DNA of 64,000 nucleotides. Origin: Mobula hypostoma. Its lineage: Eukaryota. The DNA is taken from positions 55,988,001 through 56,052,000 of the forward strand of contig NC_086108.1 of the NCBI RefSeq assembly GCF_963921235.1, read 5' to 3'. The notes below the pieces were generated by a model. The model saw only the letters and a program-made list of their open reading frames with translations, was not told the origin of the DNA and ran no database searches. A program made the translations under genes and the position numbers. Below, in pieces: positions 14,054 through 25,871 of the stretch (position 1 is its first letter; every line of letters begins with the position of its first letter).

Positions 14054-15450
14054 AAAGATTTAGAAACTCAATGACTTAATGCAAAGCATATCCAGGTGCA
14101 GACTGTAATAGTGACCATAACTCAGTAATATGTCAGTAATAAAGTAATACTTAAAAAACTAAAGAAGCAAAAACCTGAACAATCCCTCGACTACTCGCAA
14201 TTAGTTAAAGAAGAAAACTTAAGACAAAAATTTACAATTGAAGTAAGGAATAGATTTCAAAGTCTAGAAATAGAATCTGTAGAAGATGATAACAATCATG
14301 TAGAAATAAAGTTACTAATTCATCAGGACCTGCTGCATTTCCTTTCTTCATCTTATTTATTGCATTACAAACTTCAGATTTTAAAATACTTGGACCTTCA
14401 ATGTTCTTCTTAATTTCTGGTTTTTCGCTTCGATCGTCTTCAAACAATTCCTGAATATAATCAGTCCATCTGTTCATAATCTCATCTTTTTCCATGATAA
14501 TAGTACCATCCTTTGCTTTCAAACATCCACCTGAAGAACAGAGGAGCTTTTTACCACTGATATTCTTGATTTGTTGATGTACCCTTTTTAGATTAGTATT
14601 ACAATATTACAAAAAATAAGAGACATCTTGGGAATCAAAGTTGGCGGTGAAAACATTAATAATTTCAGATATGCAGATGACATGGTGTTAATTGCAAGTA
14701 CGGAGGAAGAACTACAAAACTTAATTAATATAGTTGTTGAAAAAAGTGCAAAAATGGGTCTATCTATCAATCACAAAAAGACGGAATGTATGGTGATATC
14801 CAAAAAGAAGGAGAATCCTATCTGCAGGCTGAAAATAAACAGGAAAGACATAAAATAAGTACAGAACTTTTGCTACTTAGGAAGCTGGGTGACATCAGTT
14901 GGCAGGTGCGACATGGACATCAAAAGAGGAATAGGGATGGCAAAAGACACCCTTACGAGAATGAAGAATATACTGACCAATACTAAACTAGGCACGACAA
15001 CCCACCTCAGAGTACTGAAGTGTTACATTTATCCAGTTATGTTATATGGATCAGAATGTTGGACAATATCTAGTAACATGAGGAAACAAATTGAAGCAAC
15101 GGAGATGTGGTTTTTGAGGAGGATGCAAAGAATATCATGGATGAAATGAATATCTAATGAGGATGTCATGAACAGAGCAAACACAAAAAGAGAAATAATG
15201 TATGAGATCATGAAAAAGCAACGTAACTTCATTGGACATGTGATTAGGAAAGAGGAGTTAGAATGCACAGTAATTATGGGAAAGATTGAAGGGAAGAAAG
15301 CAAAAGGAAGGCAAAGACAAATGATGATGGAGACAGCAGTCAGAGAACTGGAAATGAATACCAATGATTTGATCGACTTGACCCGAAACAGGAGTGTGTG
15401 GGCCACGGCAGTCACAGCTCAGGCTGGGCCTGGCACCTGATGATGATTAT
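14054..15450 (+). mobile_element. RTE-clade LINE nested in the hAT element, with an internal inverted segment (about 14312-14590)
   Basis: + strand AYPGADCNSDHN-like endonuclease end; - strand KAKDGTIIMEKDEIMNRW...AAGPD; + strand GIKVGGENINNFRYADD...LYGSECWT; (TGA)n tail at about 15438-15448. Confidence 0.85.
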
Positions 15451-16319
15451 GACATCAAAACTTTCACCTTTATTGATCACACTGTTTGAAATTGAACTTA
15501 ATCTACAGGTAATTGTTCCTGGTTGTTAATCCATAACAAATCTGGTAAAAGCAGACCAAATGAAAACAAAGTGAAGACATTCTGGTGTGCAGTATCAGAA
15601 ATACGGATTTATACCAGCATCAAGCAACCAACAGCAGCCAATGTGTTTGTTGTGTGAAAAGGGTTTCTCAAATGAGGCAATGAAACCATCCAGGCTCCTT
15701 GAACACTTGGAGAGAATACACTTTGAGAAAAACAAGCAAGAACTTGATTTATCTTCAGTTACTTTGTGAAAATGTTCAGAAATGCAAAACACTTCCAAAC
15801 CTGTTTGCCAGCACTTCACAACAAAACAGTGATTATTTGTGTGCTTCATCCAACATTTCATTGCTCATTGCTGAATTTGGAAAGCCCCATACAATTGGAG
15901 AAGAACTGATTCTGCCAGCAGTAAGGGAGGTTCTGGGTACAGCTTTGCATCAGTCATCAGACCAAATAATTAAAGTGATTTTGCTCAGAGATAGCTCTGT
16001 TCAAAGACAAATAGATGAAATGTCTGAAAATGTGGACAACAGAATTTGTTCTGCAGTTGGATGAGTCAATTTTGCCAGTTAACAAATCTTTGCTTCTTGG
16101 TTATGCTCTCTTCATAAAAGATGAAAGCATTATTCAAGAGATGTTATTTGCAAGGGAAGTAGAAACAGATGCAAAGGGGGAATCAAAATTTTAGATTGTT
16201 GAGCAATCTTTCAAAGAGGAGGACATTCCACTCACCAACATTCTTGCTTGTGCAACCGACAGGGCATCATCAATGACATGACACCACCGTAGAATTATTA
16301 CTTTCTTGAAAAAACACTG

Positions 16320-16690
16320 TCCCTACTGTTTGTCTCTCTCTCTTTCCCTCACAATCACGCCTTGCCTGCTGTCCATCTTCCTCTGGTGCTCCCCTCCCCC
16401 TTACTTTCTCCCACGTCTCCAGCTTTGTTTCCCTTTAGCCAATCTACTTCCTAGCTCTTAGCTCCATCCCTCCCCCTACTGTCTTCTCCTATCATTTTGG
16501 ATCACCCCCTCCCCCTCCCTCTTTCAAATCTCTTACTATTTCTTCTTTCAATTAGTCTTGACGAAGGGTCTCGGCCCAAAACGTCGACTGTACCTCTTCC
16601 TATAGATGCTGCCTGGCCTGCTGTGTTCTACCAGCATTTTGTATGTGTTGCTTGAATTTCCAGCATCTGCAGATTTTCTCGTGTTTGCGT
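16320..16690 (+). mobile_element. Penelope-like 3' end with decayed hammerhead (16554-16589), nested in the hAT transposase
   Basis: Pyrimidine tract followed by AGTCTTGACGAAGGGTCTCGGCCCAAAACGTCGACT...CCAGCATCTGCAGATTTTCTCGTGTTTG. Confidence 0.85.
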
Positions 16691-17915
16691 ACCTAAAATA
16701 TTTACTATCCAATGTGTAATTCATAGACAACATTTTGTTACCAAAAACCTAAGTGATTAGCTGCACAAATCATTAAATACTGTTATTACAGCGGTAGATA
16801 AAATCAAGTCCCATGCTCTCAATTCCTGACTGTTTTGAGAGTTTTGTATTGTGAATGATAAACAGTTTGAGCACTTGCTGTTGCACATAGAAGTCAGGTG
16901 GCTCTCAAAATGAAAATGGTGAGGAAATTTATGTGCCTTTTGAACCCATGATAAAATCTTTGAAAACTCAAATGCTTCATTCAGTAATCAACTCAAGAAT
17001 GTTAGGTATGACATTGTTTCTTTGTCAGACTTATTGACGAAGTTTAATGAAATCAATCTTCTGCAAGGAAATGATTTGAAACTTACCAAAGTCAAATCAG
17101 TCGTCTCTGCATTTCTGTCCATGTTAACCCTATTTAAGTGCAGCATTGGCTGTCGCAATCTTTTCCAATTACGGAGCCTTTGAGTTGGAAGAGAAAGAAA
17201 GAATACTAGATGATGACCTTCAAGTCTACTGCGCCCACTTAAGTGAGCTGCATAACGACAAGTCAAAGGGATTTCAGGATCTTCTGTCAGTCCAAACTCC
17301 AGAGAAGGTAATAAATTGATTCCTGAACACTGAAGCTGAGGTTCAAAAAATCATATTAAGATTTTTGGTTGCTGATAGAAATCCCTGAAAGCTACTCTGC
17401 ACTGTGGAAAAAGGTCACGATGTTCTTTATTGCCTTGCCAATATCATATTTAGTGGAACGCAGTTTCAGTGTAGTCACCCAACTTCTTTCAAAGCAATAA
17501 AGCAAACCATAAATTACTGAACATGGGGATCTGATCCTCCTTCTGTGTGATATTCAGCCTGATGTTAAGAAGTTGATATCACTGCACAAAGCCCATCCCT
17601 CTCATTGAAGTGAAAAAGCAACGAAGTAGTGAATGCTAATGTACGCTTGAAAATTGTTGATGAAAATTGCTTTTACTATAATTAAATAAATATTTTTATT
17701 TGTAGATATGAATAGATTTGAATAATTGTTGCAAATTCACTGCTTTGAATTTGTAGTTCCTGTTTTCTTTTGCTGTGTATCGTAAATCAAAATTCTTTAT
17801 ACTTGTTATGTACTCACCGGAAAGGGAGAGGGAAACACTGGGGATGTGGTTTAGGAGTCAAGAGGGCGATAACCCAAAAAATGTTTGGGAACAACTGCTT
17901 TAAAGCACTGACGTA

Positions 17916-18463
17916 CACTTAGTGGCCATTTTATTAGGCACACCATACATCTGCTTGTTAATGTAAATATCGATTCATGTGGCAGCAACTCAATGCATAA
18001 AAGCATGCAGACATGGTCAAGAGGTTCAGTTGTTGTTCAGACCAAATATCAGAACAGGGAAGAAATGTGATCTAAGTGACTTGTTGGTGCCAGACAGGGT
18101 GGTTTCAGTATCTCAAAAACTGATGATCTCTTGGGATTTTCATGCACAATAGACTTGAATTTACAGATAATAGTGCGAAGAACAAAAAAAAACCACCAGT
18201 GAATGACGGTTCTATGGGCGAAAATGCTTTGTTAATGAGCAAGGTCAGAAGAGAATGGCCAGACTAGTTCAAGCTGACAGGAAGGCAATAGTAACTCAGA
18301 TAACCACATGTTACAACAGTGGTGTGCAGAAGAGTATCTCTGAATGCACAAGGTATTGAACCTTGAAGTGGATGGGCTACAGCAGCAGAAGAGCACAGAC
18401 ATACACTGAGTGGTCACTTTATTATGGACAGGAGGTACCTAATGAGGTGGATGTCACTGAGTG
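17916..18463. mobile_element. Non-autonomous Tc1/mariner-type element
   Basis: TA flanks. TIRs are CACTTAGTGGCCATTTTATTAGG and CCTAATGAGGTGGATGTCACTGAGTG. An extra internal TIR-like copy lies at about 18404-18424. Confidence 0.75.
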
Positions 18464-19492
18464 TAGATGTCATTCATTTTGATACAAGAAAATATGGTTC
18501 CAACATTCTAAGTGCCAGCATCAAATTTGAATGGTTTTCATCAACAAGCTTCTCCACTCTCCATTCTCAGAACATAAACTTGGACATATCAAATCTGCTC
18601 TGTTATCATTCATTCTTAGAAGGTCAGAACTGCAGTCCTTTATTCTTCTTGTTTTCCTTTCCTGTGCTATCACTAGTTGTTTTTATTCAAAACTTCAAGG
18701 CTGTTTCTTCCCAGTGACAATGCCTGAATGATCTCAATTTCTCAATTTTTTTTAGCCCATCATTCTGTGGGCTTCGGTTCTTCATCCATCTTTCTCAAAC
18801 TCAGATCAATTCTTCGAGATGTAACAGGTCACTTTCATCTATCCCAGATAGAGAAGTAATATGTTAACTCTCCTCCATTTCTCCGGAAATGCTATCACTC
18901 TCCTCATGAGGGTTCAGTAACCTAGCTTCTACCACGTTACATACAGCCTGATTTTACTGCACTGTGAAGAGATCAAAGTAAAATCGATGAAGGGCAGGGG
19001 CGTGGGGTTAAAATATAATCACTAGCAAATCCACCTACTCTCCCATATGGTAGGTTAGGTTAAATTTGGAATTGTGATGTCTGGCAATGTGATAAGGTGA
19101 AACATAAAAATCATTACAGCAGGGGTACGAGGGGATTCTAGGATGATTACACTGAATTGTACTTACTTCTGAATAGCAGTATGATGTTTTATGCTGTGTC
19201 TTGCCAGCAGTTCCACACAGAAATGTCAGTACAGTATTTGTCTTGTGTAAGTGGCAGCACATTTTAGAACTCTCACAAAAACAGGGCAGTCTTGATATGG
19301 GTGAGCTTTGCTGACAATTACCCTCTTGAACTCAGCTACTGGAGTCCAGGAAAGGAGCAGAATTAGATTGAGATACCCCAGCACCTATGCTGAGGAATCT
19401 ATTCTCAAATTCTGCACCAAGATGTACAGTTAAACTGGAAATGTGGTGCTGCAGGGAAAAATAACTAGAGTAACTTAACAAAAATTATCTAT

Positions 19493-19710
19493 GCAACACA
19501 CACAAAATGCTGGTGAACACAGCAGGCCAGGCAGCATCTATAGGAAGAGGTACGGTCGCCGTTTCGGGCCGAGACCCTTCGTCAGGCTCCGCCCAAAATG
19601 CCGACTGTACCTCTTCCTATAGATGCTGCTTAGCCTGCTGCGTTCACCAGCATTTTGTGTGTGTTGCTTGAATTTCCAGCATCTGCAGATTTCCTCATGT
19701 TTGTGTTTTT
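19493..19710. mobile_element. Two-armed (palindromic) Penelope-derived mini-element with hammerhead motif
   Basis: Inverted arms meet at about 19586. TSD AAAAATTATCT(A/G)TG at 19480-19493 and 19711-19724. Confidence 0.88.
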
Positions 19711-19924
19711 AAAAATTATCTGTGTTTTATTTAATGCTTTTATAATTTATTGTTAAGCACTTTAAGTGATTAATTATTTTAAAGACATTTTACATAACTT
19801 TGGCTTTAGTTTATATTTCATTTGTAATAGTTTTTAAATATTTCTCAATATCAGATTCACACAGTACATTGAAAATATTGTAACACTAGTAACAGTAGAT
19901 GATCTTATGGCCTCATAGAATACA

Positions 19925-19981
19925 TCTCTCACTCTCTCTCTCTCTCCCTCCCTCCCTCCCTCTCTCTCTCTCTCTCTCTCT
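19925..19981. repeat. (CT)n/(CCCT)n microsatellite
   Basis: Seen directly. Confidence 0.9.
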
Positions 19982-20444
19982 AGTGATCCGGGGGATTTAA
20001 TAGTTACTATTAACCAACAACTGCACAGAAGTTTGTTCTGTGATCTTCTAAGTCTCTGCTCTTTTATTTTGATAAATCCTTACCTTGTCCTTCAACCCAT
20101 AAAATTTAATAATGTATTTTTCTGCAATTAGTTTATATCAGCTTGCATTTGGCCAATTTATTAAATAGACTATATTCTCCTGAAGTCATATCTAATCATG
20201 TCACTATTAACTACACTCCATAATTTTTATAATGGTGTATGGCACAACGTTGTCCCAGATACCAAAGACCAAATAATATATATTGTAGGTGAGTGGGTCT
20301 CACTCTATGCTATTGAGTTTTATGATCAACAATTAGACAAACATTCCTACAGGGGAAGATAAAGTATTATACTCAACTGTTTTAAACCCTTTTCATCCAC
20401 CTTGTGATTACTGGGATAATTCTACCTTCCTTAAACTCTTAAAA

Positions 20445-21316
20445 CACTTTGCATTCTGTCTGGGTAGCCTGCAATCTGATGGCATGAACATCGATTTCTT
20501 CAACTTCCAGTAATGGCCTTCCCCACTCCCCTTCACCATTCCCCATCCCCTTTTCCCTCTCTCACCTTTTTTCTGTCTGCCCATCGCCTCCCTCTGGAGC
20601 TCCTCCCCCCTTTCCTTTCTTCCATGGCCTTCTGTTCTCCTATCGGACTCCCCCTTCTCCAGCCCTGTATCTCTTTCACCAATCAACTTCCCAGCTCTTG
20701 ACTTCATCCCGCCCCTCCCACTTTCACCTATCACCTTGTGTTTCTCTCTCCCTTTCCCACCTTTTAAATCTACTCTTCACATTTTTTCTCCAGTCCTGCC
20801 GAAGGGTCTCGGCCCAAAAAGTCGACTGTACTCTTTTCCATAGATGCTGCCTGGCCTGCTGAGTTCCTGCAGCATTTTGAGTGTGTTTCTTTAAACTTCT
20901 AGTAATTTCCCCCCCCCCCCACTTTTTTTTTCCATCCTCAATTCTGGTTCCTCTCTCATCCTTTCTCATCTCCTTATCTGCCCATCACCTCATCTTGGTG
21001 CCCCTCCTCCTTCTTTTTCTTTCATGGTCTACTGTTCTCACCTATCAGGTTCCTTCTTTAGCCCTTTATCTCTTTCTCCTATCACCTCCCAGCTTATTAC
21101 TTCATGTCCTCTCCCCACCCACCCACCTTTCCCCTCACATAGCCTCACCAACTTGTGCAACTTCTCCTCCTCCCCCCCCCCACCTTCTTATTCTGGCAAT
21201 TTCCCCCTTGCATTCCAGTTCTGATGAAGGGTCTCAGCCTGAAATGCCGATAGGTTGTTCCCCTCTATGGCTGCTGTCTGACTTGCTGAGCTCCTCCAGC
21301 ACTTTGTGTGTGTTAC
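20445..21316 (+). mobile_element. Two tandem Penelope-like 3' ends, each with a hammerhead motif (20792-20827 and about 21217-21250)
   Basis: CTGGGTAGCCTGCAATCTGATGGCATGAACATCGATTTC (GIY-YIG C-terminus, LGSLQxDGMNIDF) followed by two successive pyrimidine tract + CTGNNGAAGGGTCTC + CCAGCA..GTGTGT units. Confidence 0.8.
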
Positions 21317-21967
21317 AAAGAGTTGAGAGCAGTACTGAGGATAAATTTGGTCCAGTGACCACAGGAAAACATGATGCAAATGAAGATACAAAGCCTAGTG
21401 AAATATTTGTACTGAGAAAGCCAGGTAGAGGGGAGGTTGACTGCATTCAGCACCTACCTTGCTGATCTAATTTGTAAATTAAATATATTATTTATACCTG
21501 CATTTCCTTAATTGAAAAGAGTTTTTGCCATTGCACAAGCTTAAAAATTTGCAAGGTTTCAGATAAGTGCATTTTAGAGAAAAACATTATCAATTTCAAC
21601 ACAAATTTGAACAAATGTTTTCAAAGGTTAGGTGGCAATGCAAACTGAATTATTATGGAAAAATGGAAGATGGAATGCTCCAAAAGATCTGTCTGTGTTT
21701 ATTCAGTAGGAGACATATGTGTCAGTCAGCTGCCAATATTCCCTCTTTATGTACGTTCATGCATACACTCTAATTAATTCAGTTTCCCACTGTGTCCTAC
21801 CATTATGAATTTTCCCACACACATTCCTGCTGCTTCTTGTGCTTATGCTGATTCCTTTGCCCCTTATATCGGGTTCCTTCATGGCACATTATTTTCAAGT
21901 TTTTCGCTAAGCAGTTTGGGAGGGTTTTTTTTCTCCATGATCCTTCTGGGGATAATTGTTTATGATG

Positions 21968-21975
21968 TGACGTCA
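21968..21975. promoter_or_regulatory. Palindromic CRE (TGACGTCA) in the putative SGIP1 promoter region
   Basis: Exact motif in TE-free sequence, upstream of a GA-rich tract and about 900 bp before the ATG. Function untested. Confidence 0.45.
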
Positions 21976-21989
21976 GTGGGATTGATCTC

Positions 21990-22317
21990 TTTTCAATGGC
22001 ACAGAGAGCGAGAGAGAGAGGGAGGGAGGGAGAGAGAGAAGGGGAGGAACAAGCAGAAATGTGCAGCAGCTTTCTGACAAAAGGACACAAGCATTAACTG
22101 GCTGATTAACACGAGAACAACACTATAGCTTAATTATTGATATTCAGCTTTGGGAATGATATAAATGCTGAAGGGAAGAGGCTTTTTACTTGCATATTTT
22201 TGGATGCTCAGCTGATAGTGAAGGCTTCTACATGCGTTCGACAGTGCTGATTGTTAATCTGATCTGATCTGCCTGGCTACCCAAGTAGGATTATAAAACG
22301 GTGAATTGTGTCACAAG
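21990..22317 (+). other. SGIP1: Possible non-coding upstream exon (start uncertain)
   Basis: Donor-like CACAAG|GTATAT at 22317/22318 could pair with the acceptor TTTCCTGTGTCTTTCAG at 22840. No transcript evidence. Confidence 0.3.
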
Positions 22318-22327
22318 GTATATGGAC

Positions 22328-22333
22328 TGTGTG

Positions 22334-22415
<82 letters not shown>

Positions 22416-22470
22416 ATGTGCGCGTGTGTGTGAGTATGTCTGTTTCTCTGTGTGTGTCTGTGTGTGCGCG
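22328..22470. repeat. (TG)n microsatellite with degenerate extension
   Basis: Long pure TG run at about 22336-22414. Confidence 0.95.
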
Positions 22471-22875
22471 TGCACATCTGTCTGTCTGCTGGATGTTTGT
22501 GTCGGTGTGTGCAAATCAGAGAAAGGTGGGGAGGTGGCTTTTTCCTGTGTTCCCAAAAGGTATTGTGTCAGTTGATGGCAACCATGTGATTAGCAACAGA
22601 GCAACAGCAATTGGCTGAACCTAGCAGTTGTGTAGAGCACAGCAAGCTTCCTCTCCCTGTCTTTTATCAGCATCATTCTGTGAACCTGCTGCTGACAGCA
22701 TTTGTGGCATCCATGGCCTGTACACGCACCATTTCAGTTCCATCTTGGCATCCGCAATAACTAGGAGTTGATGCTGATCTTCATCCATTCCTGTTGAGTT
22801 CATATGTGATAACTGGCCGCTGCTTTCCTGTGTCTTTCAGGACCTTTGGAGATTAAGGAATGCAATTCTGCCACC

Positions 22876-22885
22876 ATGATGGAAG
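22876..22885 (+). CDS. SGIP1: First coding exon (10 coding nt, M-M-E-G, phase 1) of SH3GL-interacting endocytic adaptor 1
   Basis: Strong Kozak GCCACCATG, then ATG GAA G|GTAAGC donor, with an upstream acceptor at 22840. From recall, human SGIP1 begins MMEGLKKRTRK with a 10-nt first coding exon preceded by ATTAAGGAATGCAATTCTGCCACC, as seen here. Not database-verified. Confidence 0.8.
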
Positions 22886-23598
22886 GTAAGCTTCAATCCT
22901 ATGTAATATTTTAAGCCTGCCTTGTGAATTAGCTGAGCAGAAGTAAGCAAACGAAGGGCTTTCATTCAAACAGACAATGCCACGAGAGATCATGCATTCA
23001 TATTTCTAATTCATTCTGTGGCTATCCATTGCTTTCTATTGTGCTTTAGGCAGCAACTAAAAGCAAATGACCCTTATGGGTCCTTGAAACACTTGATGTC
23101 CTCCAGTTATCTTTTATGTACCCATTTCTGAGGGATTTTTATTGCCTATAAGGAAATTTAACAAGGTTGCTTTAGCAGTGACATCATTAAAGCTTCAAGA
23201 TTATCGAGATTATTGTGGACAAATACACCTCTGGATGAAAATAACTGATGAATTATGATTAATTACAAAATGTACCTCTGATTTAAACAAAGAGCACAGT
23301 AGTTCCAAATTTAAGTACATCTTGCAATGCATTAGAAGTTGTGTAAGCACTTAATGTAGTGATACTTGCATTAAGGCATAGAACATTTGTATATTAGGAG
23401 TGGAGAAAATCAGCCTTGTGTGGCAATGATATAATTCATTGCATAAAATGAATTATCTGCAACCACTATATTTAGTCTGCCTACTGTCCAAAATTATACT
23501 TTTTATATTAATCTGAACTCTCTGACTATATTAATTTGAATGATGCAACCAATATGATTACTTTTTCATCAGTCATGCTCATTTTCAGCCTGATTTCT

Positions 23599-23613
23599 GT
23601 TAACCATGGCAAC
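23599..23613. promoter_or_regulatory. RFX X-box-like motif in early intron 1
   Basis: GTTAACCATGGCAAC is close to the GTTNCCATGGNAAC consensus. Further half-sites ATGGCAAC and TAGCAAC at about 22575-22597. Confidence 0.3.
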
Positions 23614-25286
23614 AGTGAATTAACAGAAATGAAGGTTCTCCAAACCTTTCGTTAGGACTGTTTGATTATTGGAAATTTAGTGGCCATGTCTGTGCGATGC
23701 ATTGAGGGTTGGGGAGTTTTATTTGTGGATTGGTGCTGTGGTATGTTATAAACAGGAAATGAATATCTTCTGCAGCTCTTGGTAACTAGCTTCGTTCATT
23801 TTGTTCAGATTCAATATAAAGTAGCTTCTGATATCAATAGAAGCTGCAGTTTGATTTTCTGTCCAGTCTTTCGTTTTATGCAGGCAAATATTCAACATTT
23901 TACATGGATTTTTAAACATGAATTTTAAATTTCATCATTGGTAAAAATATCAAACATATTACTGGAAGAATAAGCATGTTTAAGTGAAGTTGATTAATAG
24001 AGCACTGGAAAATATGGACTGAGATTGCTCGCCACATTTTGAAATGAAATATTATTAATCTGACAAAACATTCTGGTCTTTTTGGAAATTGAACTTCTAA
24101 GGAGCCCTGAAGAAAATATCCTGTAGCATGTCAGACCAGGTGGTATCTCATTTGGCATAAGGCATCAGTTGCAAAGTGCTGGTTTATTTGAAGAGTTCTG
24201 TGTTACATTTACTATCTGCACTCTATGTAACCCATTCATTACTGTATTATGTGCTTTTCATTCAAATGGTTGAAAAGTATCAATACCCACTATCAATGGT
24301 TTGGTGAGGAAAATGGATTCATGCCACAGCTTTACTTTCTCTGCATAAAATTAAACTCAAAATAACTTTTAAAGGAAGAGTTGTGGGAGGGAAAATCTGA
24401 GCTTTCAATAGATGGTTATTTAACTAGCTGAGATTGATAGCTGTTCTTATAGAGTGGGATCTAGGTTGCAGGGCCATGTTTCCTGTAACTCCCCATAAGG
24501 TGAACCACTGCATGGTTAGAGTCTTTTATATCAAGTCTTAATTTACAGCAAGGGTAGGTGCCTGTTTTGTATAAAAAAGCATTCTATAATTTTTTTCAAT
24601 TAAACAAAAAATAGTTAAAGCATTTGCATATAACTTTTGTCCATTTCCTGGACAGTATTATGGTCGAATGAATCAGTCACTCACCTATTTTCACAGGATT
24701 CTGCTGCACATGAGTGATCAGCTTTAAAAGATCACCATCCAGCTGGTAAAACTGCAGAAAGGCACATTCTCTGATATACTGCAGTGATATGCCAAGACAT
24801 TCAATTTAAAATCAGCCATTTTCAATGTGTTCATGATCTATGCTTGTTTATGAACTCTAAGCTTCTCAGGGATTTCACTTGGAATGTGAAGCATTTATTG
24901 AATAGGTCTACACTTAAAATTGCATTTCTTCTTTTTATGAACTTTTTGTTGGATATCTTGGTGGAATGAACATACAGGTATATCCATTATGTCAAGGCAA
25001 CCAGGTCATTGGTCCTGTAGGGTATATCTGATATGACTAAAGGGACAGGCCATTCATCAACACGTCTCTTCTACCATTTGATGTATTATGATTTTGCCAT
25101 TACATTTGTCACTATAATCCTTTCATACCAATGCTTGTAAAAATTTGTCAACTGCAGATTTAGATTTATTAATTGAGGCAGCATCTACAGCTTTTGTGAG
25201 AAGATTTCCACTCCTCTACCATCTTTTCAGTAAAGTATAACACATTGAAGCACTTCATCAGATAAGTGCTGAATGTACCTTTTTAT

Positions 25287-25420
25287 CCTGAGCCTGAGTC
25301 TGAGGCCTCCGTCGGTCAGAGTTAACCATGGATATTGCGTCTTAACTGTCTAGATACGTAAGCCTGGGCAGTACGATATGGAGAGTAAGCTGTATTATCC
25401 ATTGCTGTGATAAAGCAGCA
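25287..25420. mobile_element. Short interspersed-repeat fragment, family uncertain
   Basis: CTGAGCCTGAGTCTGAG tail-like start and GCCTGGGCAGTACGATATGGAGAG; relatively CpG-rich versus its flanks. Confidence 0.3.
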
Positions 25421-25789
25421 TCTCCACAACAGATACACACTAATAACAGGAAGAAGAGGAGGCCACTGAGACCCTAGAGATGAAATTGTGTCTGTAGCTA
25501 CCTCCATTTGCCTGCCTTATCTCCAGGTCCTTAATATCATTGTGTTCCAAAAGAAAATACAATCATCGTACTTGAAGTTATTAATTAGGCTGGACAACAG
25601 CACCTATTTGTAGAGAAAAAGTGCCATGCTTCCATGATCTTTCTCATATTGGGAAGTACTAAGTTTGTGATTATGTCCATTTGAATCTTCACCAATAGAA
25701 GGAGACAGAAATCCATTCTTTGGATGAAAATCTTCTTAAATCACCTCATACACTTTATTTCCTGGAACACAATCCTAGTTTACATGTTC

Positions 25790-25871
25790 CTCGGCCTGAA
25801 ACATTGACTGCACCTCTTCCTAGAGATGCTGCCTGGCCTGCTGCGTTCACCAGCAACTTTTATGTGTGTTG
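25790..25871 (+). mobile_element. Single-arm remnant of the Penelope mini-element
   Basis: CTCGGCCTGAAACATTGACTG...GTGTGTTG flanked by CCTAGTTTACAT at 25774-25785 and 25872-25883. Confidence 0.85.

Larger units (their letters stand above)
13257..17897 (+). mobile_element. hAT (Charlie/Buster-like) DNA transposon with both ends; decayed transposase at about 15540-17610
   Basis: 8-bp TSD CTTTAAAG at 13249-13256 and 17898-17905. TIRs are CTGTGGTTTCCAAA and TTTGGGAACAACTG. Peptides YGFIP..PMCLLCEKGFSNEAMKPSRLLEHL and KPHTIGEELILPAVREVL. Confidence 0.88.

Noticed and set aside
22277..22618. HT-repeat and CV-repeat ORFs
   Set aside because: Translations of the (TG)n microsatellite.
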